In this document: piece by piece, positions 52,643 to 64,000 of the stretch
How the letters are laid out: each line of letters begins with the position of its first letter
How positions within the stretch are numbered: position 1 is the first letter of the stretch
Assembly (NCBI GenBank): GCA_964016885.1
Contig: OZ024741.1
Location: 184,574,001 to 184,638,000, forward strand
Reading direction: 5' to 3'
From: Eledone cirrhosa
Lineage: Eukaryota
DNA: 64,000 nt
Program-made: the position numbers and the translations under genes
Notes under the pieces: model-generated
The model's input: only the letters and a program-made list of their open reading frames with translations
Database searches by the model: none
Told to the model about the DNA's origin: nothing

Positions 52643-53299
52643 GAGAAGAATGAATACTGCGTTGTTGCACATGGGTTACATATGATAAAAATAGTCCTTC
52701 ATCAGTGATTTTCCAACCTTCATTGGTATTTCATCGCTTTAAAAATCATATACCTCCAGTTGGTGCGAGCAATAGCTAAATAAAGCTATTGGGACAAGTA
52801 AATCGCGTAAAGCGAGCGAGGCAAGTAAACAAACATAGAAGGATAGCAACGCAAAGATAGGAAAAAAACAAGCACATGGGACTCCGATCAGCTTAAGCTG
52901 TGTGGATTTCATGAGCGAGAGGGAACAGACAGTCTGTCGTGAGTGAGATGTGAGCAAGAAAGGACCCCACTTCAGGCCAAACGGGAGGAAGTGAGAAGGA
53001 GAGAAGCAGAGAGTGAGTGAGTGGAAGTGCGAGGAATAGGCCAGTCGAGAGAAAGTGTAACTGACAGAGGGTGCGAAAGAAGGTGAGAGAACCAGAGAGA
53101 GGGGGGCAGCAGTAAGAGAGAAACAGACAAACGCAGCTGGGGAAAATATATATAAAAAACATGAGAAGAATGAATACATATATAAAGACACCTTTCGGTC
53201 ATTAATTCCCACACACCTCCCCCATTCAAGTTCCAGCCCACACTGTAAAGTGTTCGTGTAGGTGCCATGACAAAAAGCACACATGCGAAATTTTCCTCC

Positions 53300-53550
53300 G
53301 CGGCACAAACCCGGAAAATGAGTTTTGAGAAGACCATCAATCGCTCATGCACCCTAATCTGCCCTTTTCACTCCACCGATGTTGTTCAGGGTAAAGGCAA
53401 TGGCCGATATTGCTTGACACCAGTAACGTCGCAATTCATTTCTACAGGTGAATGAACAGGAGTAAAGGGAATAAGGTGTCATACTCAAGGAGAGAGCGCA
53501 TCACCTGGTCCGGGAATCGAACTCACAGCCTTGCGACTTTAAGCCTAAGG
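53300..53550 (-). mobile_element. SINE family B copy
   Basis: Colinear with 35350-35600 (CCAC.GATGTTG..CA.GG.AAAGGCA; GAATCGAACT.ACA.CCT). Confidence 0.7.
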
Positions 53551-53783
53551 CTTATATTTGCAGTTAGCCAATAGAGATAGACTCATGTATAATCCTATTT
53601 CGATACTTGTGACTTTATCAAAACTAGTTTTGATAACATCAAGGAGACTGGAATATATCCATATACGTCACGTATAAGCATGTGGCGTTACCACTGATAC
53701 GGTAGAATAAATGAATACCTTAATATACTGTTATTTGAGCTGTGTTATATAAAGCATTGTCGGGTAAGTATGGCTTACACTGA

Positions 53784-54048
53784 AATAATTGTTTCTACTT
53801 TTGGCACCAGGCCAGCAATTATCCCAGTGCATTACTGGTACTTTATTTTATCGACCCCGTAAGGATGAAAGGTAAAGTTAACCTCGGCGGGATTTGAACT
53901 CAGATCATAAAGGGAGGTAACTATATGCTTCAAAGCATGGCGCCCTATAATGTTTCTACTTTAGGCACAAGGCCAGCAATTACCCAGTGCATTACTGGTA
54001 CTTTATTTTATCGACCCCGTAAGGATGAAAGGCAAAGTCAACCTCGGC
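53784..54048 (-). mobile_element. SINE A dimer of two 5'-truncated copies with an 18-bp TSD
   Basis: GGCTTACACTGAAATAAT at 53772-53789 and 54046-54063. Confidence 0.9.
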
Positions 54049-55690
54049 TTACACTGAAATAATGCATGGTAATCATATATAATCAAGTTTACAAATATTT
54101 CGGATAGTTTGTGATATATAGACACTATGGGTAATAAATTGGGTAATCATTAGAGCGCAAGTCAGAATGCCTTGTGGTATTTATTTTGCTATTCTACGCT
54201 ATTCATATACAATAAGGTCAGCTTTCCATGGAACTTCTCCGATGTCTATTAATGAAATATCACTCAAGAACTGAGCTAAACTGCTTTCTCTCCATTTTTC
54301 TCTCTCTCGCTCAATTACTCTCTTTTTCTCAGCGTGAGATGGATCGGGAGAGACCACACACACAGACCCTTTCTACTGAAATAGATCTGCAACTGGAACC
54401 ATACACAAATTGAGCAGTGTGCTGGACATCAAGGATTAGAGAAATCAAGGCAATGTAAATATAAAAGTCGACTCTAGTGGGATTTAAACTTGAGATATAG
54501 AGTAACGAAACTAAACACCATATGGGGTGGGTGGGGGAGGGAGTTTGGCACTCTTCCTATACTTCCCTCTTGACTTTGCTATTGGGTAACGTATCTGTGA
54601 TATACAATAACGTTGTGCGTTATAATATATAGAATAATAACAGCATAGTATTGAAACAATCGCTAATTGGTTTCGCACTGTTGAAAATGAAAGATTATCA
54701 AGACACTGCAGATCAAACGAAATAGCTTTGTAAGAATTGAAATGGTTCTCAACATCGACAGTACAATATAATTTAAGAAATAATGGGGTGTTCGTCTGGC
54801 TTTTCTAGCATTTTCTACTGTTTAACTTTCTTCGTGATATGTTTGTTGGCCTTCAGCCTCGAGTCGAAACACCTTGCTCAAACAGTCCACTAACTCAAGT
54901 AATTTCAAAGTAAATCTCATGCAGAATCCTTTTCGTACAATACATGAGAAAAATGAAGTCTTTAGTTAGAGGTGCAGTCCTGCGTATATTATGGTGTGTG
55001 TCTGAGTATTCCACAGATATGTGTATACTTAATGTAAACCTGTGGCTGAATTAGCGTGACAGTATATTACAAGTTTGATTTTTTTAATTGCAGGTACTGA
55101 TCTTTTGTATCATAATGTATGTGGTTGAATAGTCCACAGAAAGTATTTTTAACACGATTCTCTGACAGGATCACCATGATACACTGTGTGACAGGGCATT
55201 TGAATTATAATTAGAGTTCAACGAGCAGATTCTGACACATCAACCCAATTTCCCTGACAAAAACTTTGAGTCAATTGAGGAACAAGTAAAAAGTCACTTT
55301 TACAAGGTGCCATGCAAAGAGATTGAACCAGAAACCTCACGATCACGAGAAGAATTGCTTGAAAACTTCACCATGCCTATGTACAACCAAACAACTGCAA
55401 CAGACACCATCACTCAATGCTAGCACTCATTGCTTCATCGTTGTCCTCAGATCACTCCTAGCTTGCGGGACAATGGGGAGAGTAATCTGGCTTGTTTGAG
55501 CTGTTGAAAATCTGGGGCTTGTCCAGGGAACGGTCGATGTGCTTCTAATATATTTTTGACTTGAGATACTTTCTAAAGTTCCCGATTTTTATATTGTAAC
55601 CGCCTCAGTAGTTCTGGAGAGACTCCTGATATCCTATTTATACAAAGTTTTGCCAGTTTTCGGTAGTAATGTATATATTTATGTGGAGGG

Positions 55691-56079
55691 TAGGGCGGGG
55701 AATTGGCAGTATCGGTAGAGGGTTGGACGCCATGCTTTGACGCCGCATAGAGTTACGGCCCTTGCCATTCTGAGTTCAAATCCCGCCGAAGTTGACTTTG
55801 CCTTTCATCCTTACGGGGTCGATAAAATAAAGTACCAGTAATTGCTGGCCTTGTGCCAAAAGTAGAAACAATTATTTATGTGGAGGGCGGTGGATTGGCA
55901 GTATCGGTAGAGGGTCTGACGCCTTGCCTTGCAGCAAAGAGTTACGGCCCTTTATGGTCTGAGTTCAAATCCCGCCAAGGTTAACTTTGCCTTTCATCCT
56001 TACGGGGGTCGATAAAATAAAGTACCAGTAATGTACTGGGTATTTGCTGGCCTTATGCCAAAAGTAGAAACAATTATTT
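55691..56079 (+). mobile_element. SINE A head-to-tail dimer
   Basis: Two full copies. TATTTATGTGGAGGG precedes each copy and TATTTATGT follows the second. Confidence 0.9.
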
Positions 56080-56089
56080 ATGTCTGGGT

Positions 56090-56430
56090 AGGGATGCAGC
56101 ATAGCCGAATGGTTAACAAGTTAACCTTGTAATCATTAGGTACCGTGTTCAAACACACTGCGTCACATCTTGGGAAGCTGCTGTTCTACATAGCCCCAGG
56201 TCAACCCAGACGGAAATTGTTAGAAAGCCCGTCGGATTGGGTATGCCTGTAATATTAAGGGCCAGCCTTGATACACACAATGTCACGCAGAACACCTCTA
56301 AGGATTACGTTAAAGGTACTCGTTTCTGTGGAATACTCAGCACCTTATATGTTAATTTCACTAGCCAACTGTGTTTCGTTGATCAAACAACTGGAATATT
56401 AATCGTCACAACCGACGGAGGCCCACTCCA
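56090..56430 (+). mobile_element. tRNA-derived SINE family C plus downstream repeat; related degenerate copies near 22795-22910 (-), 36445-36560 (+), 49908-50050 (+) and 55250-55380 (-)
   Basis: TAGCCGAATGG A box and GTTCAAAC B box, then TCT.C.ATAGCC.C.GG and AGACGGAAA..AGAAAGCCCGTCG. Confidence 0.6.
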
Positions 56431-57119
56431 TATCTGCCTTTTCCTACAAACTCCATTAACACATTGTTGTTTCTTCCGAGCAACGGTGGAATTGTGGAGT
56501 GTTGACTGTTGTTGTAGTTCATGTTTGGGGTGTTGCTACTGCTATTGAGGTTATTAGTATTGATAGTTTTGTATAGTCTACGGTTGTATTGTGGTAGCTG
56601 TTGTAACTGTGGTTATTTCTGCTCCTGTTGCGGTTATTGTTCTTACATCTCTGTCATTGTCTCCTTTGCAGCTGATGATGATAATGTTGGAGTTGTAGTT
56701 GTTGTTGTTGTTGTTTTTTTTTTGGGGGGGGGGGGGGTTATAGGCCAGCCAGTTGGCTGACTGGTTTGTTTTACCACTTCTCTCTCTCGCTCTATCTTTC
56801 TCTCCCTTTCCAGCTTTGTTTATCTTTCTTTCTGTCCGTATTTCTCCCCTCTCTCTCTTTCTCTTTCTTTCTCTCTCTCACTCTCTCTCTCTCTCTCTCT
56901 CTCTCTCGACCTCCCTCCCTCTCTCGACCTCCGGCTGCCAAACATTTAGGCCTTAGGGGTATGACTACTGGTCTCTTCTGTCCCCACCCCTGTGATAAAA
57001 ATAGGGAATAGGAGGGAGTGTGATTATTTAATTCAGGTGGTTGACATTTTGGGAGAAGGGATTGATAAATAGACAAAGGGAAGCTGAAATGTGATCCTTT
57101 ATGTCCGAGTTAATTGTGC

Positions 57120-57420
57120 TGTGTGTGGTGTGGAACAGGTGTGGCATGATTTGGTGTGGCGTGGTATAGTATCGTTTGGTTGGTGTTGGTCTGGTGTGGT
57201 GTGGTGTGTTGTGTTGGTGTGGTGTGGGTTTCTGTAGTGTTGTGTTGGTGTGCTCTGATGTGGTGCAGGGTGGTGTTGTGTTGGAGTGGTATAGTATCGT
57301 TTGGTTGGTGTTGGTGTGGTGTGGTGGTGGTGTGTTGTGTTGGTGTGGTGTGGTGTTCTGTAGTGTTGTGTTGGTGTGCTCTGATGTGGTGCAGGGTGGT
57401 GTTGTGTTGGAGTGGTATGG
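57120..57420. repeat. (GGTGT)-rich tract containing a tandem duplication of about 125 bp
   Basis: GTGGTATAGTATCGTTTGGTTGGTGTTGG...GCAGGGTGGTGTTGTGTTGGAGTGGTAT occurs twice. Confidence 0.9.
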
Positions 57421-57622
57421 TATGACATGAGGTTGTATGGGGTTACGTTGATATAGTGTGGTGTTGTGTGTGGTAGAATTGTGTGCCCCGGAAATGTGTG
57501 GCGTGGAGTAATGTGGGGTGGTGTAGTATGGTGTAGCCTAGTGCAATGTGTTGAGGTGTGCTATGGTGTGGTATGGCTGTGAGATATGGAGTCGTCTGAT
57601 CAACTGTGCCAGTGCGTTTGCG

Positions 57623-57680
<58 letters not shown>

Positions 57681-58410
57681 TATGTGTGTGTGTGTATGTG
57701 TGTAAGATAGATAGATCGATCGATAGATAGATAGCGAGAGAGAGAGAGAGAGGGAGGGGGTACAGAGAGGAAGAGAACGAGAGAGGAAGAGAACGAGAGA
57801 GGGGGTGAAGGGGATTTAATGGATGTGTAAGGAGTGCTGGGGCAATTGTGTGCTATACTCGGTAAGGTGTGTCGTAGTATGGCGCGATGTGGTGTGGTGC
57901 GTTGTGCAGTGTGATGTGGTATTGTGTGGTGTGGTGTGGTGTGATGTCGTGCGGTGTGGTGTTGTGAGGAAGATCACAGTTGATGTTCAGAGCTGTGGGT
58001 ATTAGGGGTTGGCACAGTGTTGTATGATAAGGTGAGGTGAGATGAAGCGTGCTGCGTGCACTATGGTAGAGTTAAGGTTGGATATATATTTGTGTATGTG
58101 TGTGAGTGTGTTACATTGTTTTATTGATATGGAACAGGGGTGGAGAATTGTGATGGGAGGGTCGCAGGAGTGTGCCATATTAAAATGTGGTGTGGTGTAG
58201 CATAGTATGTCTGTGTGTGTGTGTAGGGGGGGGGGGGGGTCGGTCTAGTTTTGCAGAATTTGCTTCTGTACAGTGATACATCGGGGTGGTGGGGTATGGT
58301 ACTGTGGGTTCTGTGTATTAGAAAATGAGGCAAACAAACAAACATATACATACATAGACATCTATAGTAGTATGTATGTACACGTGTGTGTATGTGTGTG
58401 TGTATGTACA

Positions 58411-58476
<66 letters not shown>

Positions 58477-60171
58477 TGCGTGTGTGTGTATGGCTCTGTA
58501 GCGTCGACTGATCTGGTGTGGCATTGTGTGGTGAAGTGCAATGCAGTATAACGTATTATAGTGTGTTTTGGTGTTATAATGTGTAGTTTAATGTGTTATG
58601 AGCCGATAAACTGTGATATATTATAAAGTACTATAACATGTTACGAGTTGATAACGTGTGGTATAAAGTTATTAGGAGATATAGAGTTGTGAAATGTGCT
58701 AGAGTCGATGATGCTTGGTGTAATATTACGTGGAATATGGGATAATAGTATTTCGTGTAGTGTATACCATGGAGTGGTAATATGTATTTCTTCAGGTTTG
58801 GACATAAGGGATCTGGGTACAGCAATGCAGGACCGATTAGTGTGTAAAGGGATTGTCAAGATAGTTTCGACTGACCACAGAAGAATCGATGGATGATGAT
58901 GAACATGTAGCGAAGTGGATAATGATGTGATATTTCGTGTAGCACAACTGGGTATAGTGATAATGTTTGTTATGGTGTTAGATGGTAATACTGGATGTAT
59001 TATAACGTGATGAGGTGTACTCGCAGATGATGAAATAGGTGTAACAAGCTGTGGTAATTTTCTGTTCTTTCTAGTTGGTAAGGGTAGTTTGCTGGGTGGA
59101 GGTCAGATTTGTATAGCTTCGAGAGATCATGTTGTGTGGATGGTTTAATATGATGTCGATATTTTGTCAAAGGTCACAGTTGATCCACTAGACATAATCC
59201 AATATGCTCAAGTCGTGATCATCCCGTCTTTTTGTATAGCATGAAGTAAATTTTTCAAAGAATTCTTCATTATTTAAGACCATAGTGTGAGTAATTTGAG
59301 GAATATTTGGCCATCATTTCTAGGTGGTCGATCGACCACTTAATGGGTCCATTGTTGGGTCCTGAAACTGTAATATTTAATGGGATCGTCTGGTGTGGTG
59401 TGTGGCGTTACGCTGTGTACTATAAGATGTGGAAATTAGTGGTAGGGTGTTGGTAGTGGTGCTGGTTGGATGATATATCGGAAGTGAAGTTGAACGAAGC
59501 ACGCTATTTAACCATTATGTGGAACCTCATAGATTCCTTCTATCTCCAACCCAACCTCACTTTCACTCCCCGCCTTCTGCCACTTCTACCAATCTTTCTT
59601 CATCTCTCAAAATAAATCATATTAAATAATCTACTCTTTAATCTTCTAACAAATTCTTTGTAATTTTCCTTTCTTCTCCTCAACCACCTCACCCCCTCTC
59701 TGCCACTCTCTGTCTCTACATTTTTTGCACTATCTATTTGTCTTTCTCTCTCATACATAGCATACTATAATCTCATTACCTCAAATTTTCACATAAACAC
59801 ACTGATTTACATAATGTATTGCCCCTTCTTACACATACAGACAGTGACACAGACACAGACGTAGACAGTGACACACACACTGACACACACAAACACACAC
59901 ACATACACACACACACACGCACTCTCTCTCTCTCTCTCTCTTTCTCTCTCGCTCTAACACTCTTATTCTTTAAACCAATATTATTACTCTTCTTCCTTCC
60001 ACCTCCCGTATACTAGCCCCTACACTCATACGAACTGAGAATATTTCTTTACTCTGCACAAGGATCCACCAAGATTTCACACTACACATGACCACCTACA
60101 AATCATATATATATATATATATGCACACATATATATGCGTGTATATATATATGCATGTATGTGTATATATA

Positions 60172-60271
<100 letters not shown>

Positions 60272-60402
60272 TACATATGTGCACACATACAAGCCAAAGA
60301 ACACGCTGGTTGTGAGGCACATGCTTATTAGACATACACACAAATACACATGCAGGCGAGTAAAAGAACAATGACACAAGCATAATGGCAATATCTCATT
60401 AA

Positions 60403-60450
<48 letters not shown>

Positions 60451-61542
60451 GCACACACATACACAGAGAAATACACACGTACACACCATATACAAGCCAC
60501 GAAACACACAAACGTAAATTTACATAAACAAACAAACACACAAAATTACAGAACATTAAATATCTCGCTTTATATACACGAATACAAATCTATACATATA
60601 CATACACATACACACAGAACACACACCAGCAGGGTTTTAATGGCCAATCTCTCTGCTGACAGCCTCTTTCTATTAACTCCCCTTTACAAGCTATTCTGTT
60701 TAAACGCTTCATCCTTTTACCTTAAAGCCATTCGAACAGACCAATAATTTGCACTTCGTTTTTCTCCTTGTTTTCTTTCTCTTTTCCCTTCCCACCGTAC
60801 TATACCATCTCCATCACTCGCATAAGCCGCAGCCAGCACCCACTATCAACCCAACCATACCCCTTTAATGTCACACCCTTCCAAAACATTCACACCGTTC
60901 ATTGCCAACATGGACCCCTCCACTTCTCACGTCTTGATCGCTTGCTTTCTTGTGCAGTATAGTAGCCTTCTCTCATCTACGACCCCTAGCCATGTCATGT
61001 CTCGTCTTGTCTTGTCTGCCACATCCTGCTATGCTTCAAAGCCCTTATCCCTCCCCCCCTCCCATTGCTCTACCGGTGCCTCACTTCATCATACACAACC
61101 AGAACCTCCTACACACCATTATCATAAACTTATATCCGCCAAAGCTCCCTCGGCTGTCTCAATCGTTGCGACAACTTTCTCTCAAGTTTCAATCGCACTC
61201 CTCTCCCCTTCAACAAACGAACGTCCATACGTTCATTTCATTTCGTTCCGTTACGTTACGTTACGTTACGTTACGTTACGTTGCCAATCTTCCTCTGCCT
61301 CCTCTTGTTATTGCTGTAGTAGTTTTTGTAGCTATTGTTGTAGTGCTTGTAGTTATTGTTATAGTTGTAGTTATTGTAATCATTGTTTTTGTTCCTTTTC
61401 TTTCCTCTCTTTCTCTATTGTTGGCGTTTCTCTTTGGTTTTTTCTCTTTGGTTTATTATCAACGTCATCATCATGAACATCATCGTCCTCATCATCATCA
61501 TCATCATCATGAACATCATCGTCATCATCATCCTCATCCTCA

Positions 61543-61731
61543 TAATTGTTTCTTCTTTAGGCACAAGGCCAGCAAATACCCAGTGCATTACTGGTACTTT
61601 ATTTTATCGACCACGTAAGGATGAAAGGCAAAGTCAACCTCGGCGGGATTTGAACTCAGATCGTAAAGGGACGTAACTATGCTGGAAAGCATGGCGTCCG
61701 ACCCTCTACCGATACTGCCAATCCACCGCCC
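61543..61731 (-). mobile_element. SINE A full-length young copy with a 19-bp TSD
   Basis: TCATCCTCATCCTCATAAT at 61528-61546 and 61732-61750. Confidence 0.92.
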
Positions 61732-62052
61732 TCATCCTCATCCTCATAATGATCGCCATCATTATGATCTTCATGACTATCACCGCCGCCAACTTCAAAA
61801 AACCTCCACGACCAGACCACGAAGATGATGACGGGGGGGGGGGACTACCGCCAGCTCTAGAACCAACCCCAGTATCACCACCACCATCACCCACCATCAT
61901 CACCATCATCACCATCATCACCATCATCACCATTGTCATTATCATCATCATCATCACCATCATCACCATCATCACCACCATAATCATCATCATAATCATC
62001 ACCACCGTCGTCGTCATCATCATCATCTTCACCAATGTCATCATCACCACCG

Positions 62053-62084
<32 letters not shown>

Positions 62085-62497
62085 TCATCATCATCATCAT
62101 CATAATCATCATCATCGTTGTCATCATCATTTTCCTCTTATCCTTTTCATTTTTGTTAGACGATGCGAACGTTTCCTATCACAACCAATAAATGAAAAAC
62201 ACACAAACACACACACACATGCATGAATATACTGATGCCTCTCGCACACGCACTTACACACACACTCACACACACACACACACATACATATATGCAGACA
62301 AATACAGATGCCATCCCACCCCTACCCCCACCCTCCAAATACACACATGCACGCACATATAGATGCCTCCCTTACACGCACTTACACACACACTCACACA
62401 AACACACACATACATACATGGACACAAATACAGATACCCCCCCTCCAAAAACATACACGCACACACACATATGCACGCATATATAGATGCCTCCCTC

Positions 62498-62536
<39 letters not shown>

Positions 62537-62547
62537 TAACAGACATA

Positions 62548-64000
62548 GAGACACATACACACATATATAGAAACGCACAGAAACCCATATACAGAAACAT
62601 ATACAACGATATACACACGACAAGACACACATACACACACATATATAGAAACGCACAGAAACCCACATACAGAAACATATACAACGATATACACACACAA
62701 GACACATACACACATATATAGAAACGCACAGAAACCCACATACAGAAACATATACAACGATATACACACGACAAGACACACATACACACACATATATAGA
62801 AACGCACAGAAACCCACATACAGAAACATATACAACGATATACACACACAAGACACATACACACATATATAGAAACGCACAGAAACCCACATACAGAAAC
62901 ATATACAACGATATACACACCTCAAGACACATACACACACATATATAGAAACGCACAGAAACCCACATACAGAAACATATACAACGATATACACACACAA
63001 GACACATACACACATATATAGAAACGCACAGAAACCCACATACAGAAACAAATACAACTATATACACACACACAAGACACATACACACACATATATAGAA
63101 ACGCACAGAAACCCACATACAGAAACATATACAACGATATACACACCTCAAGACACATACACACACATATATAGAAACGCACAGAAACCCACATACAGAA
63201 ACATATACAACGATATACACACACAAGACACATACACACATATATAGAAACGCACAGAAACCCACATACAGAAACAAATACAACGATATACACACACACA
63301 AGACACATACACACACATATATAGAAACGCACAGAAACCCACATACAGAAACATATACAACGATATACACACCTCAAGACACATACACACACATATATAG
63401 AAACGCACAGAAACCCAGATACAGAAACAAATACAACCATATACACACACAAGACACATACACACATATATAGAAACGCACAGAAACCCACATACAGAAA
63501 CAAATACAACTATATACACACACACAAGACACATACACACACATATATAGAAACGCACAGAAACCCACATACAGAAACATATACAACGATATACACACCA
63601 CAAGACACATACACACACATATATAGAAACGCACATAAACCCACATACAGAAACATGTACAACGATATACACACACAAGGCACATACACACATATATAGA
63701 AACGCACAGAAACCCACATACAGAAACATATACAACGATATACACACCACAAGGCACATACACACATATATAGAAACGCACAGAAACCCACATACAGAAA
63801 CAAATACAACGATATATACAGCACAAGACACATACACACATATATAGAAACGCACAGAAACCCACATACAGAAACATATACAACGATATACACCACAAGA
63901 CACATACACACATATATAGAAACGCACAGAAACCCACATACAGAAACATATACGACGATATACACCACAAGACACATACACACATATATAGAAACGCACA
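62548..64000. repeat. Minisatellite of about 75 bp, about 19 copies, running off the window end
   Basis: Unit AAGACACATACACA(CA)CATATATAGAAACGCACAGAAACCCACATACAGAAACATATACAACGATATACAC.. Confidence 0.97.

Noticed and set aside
62266-63999. Overlapping 130-330 aa hydrophobic, Cys-rich ORFs
   Set aside because: They are translations of the 75-bp minisatellite in several frames.

Overview
This is AT-rich, microsatellite-dense animal DNA. The SINE families and the (TA)n/(CA)n/(CAT)n load suggest a cephalopod (Octopus-like) genome, which is an inference. No host protein-coding gene is confidently recognisable, and most ORFs in the track are translations of microsatellites. The window is mostly mobile elements. 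These include a nearly complete RTE-clade LINE with an internal inversion of twin-priming geometry sitting in (TA)n (45228-48535), an R4/Dong-type RLE LINE 3' end, a CRE-type RLE fragment nested in a mariner, three Penelope-like (RT/GIY-YIG) remnants, Tc1/mariner remnants, two non-autonomous Helitron-like elements, about 25-30 copies of three tRNA-derived SINE families, and two minisatellites. The most notable unannotated signal is about 11 type-I hammerhead ribozyme motifs read by eye. Five have an intact core, most have palindromic stem III, and they lie in Penelope tails or in short non-coding units bounded by (TA)n. There is also a tentative phase-compatible three-exon chain on the minus strand and a pair of RFX X-box-like motifs. 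Coordinates were counted by eye and may be off by a few bases.
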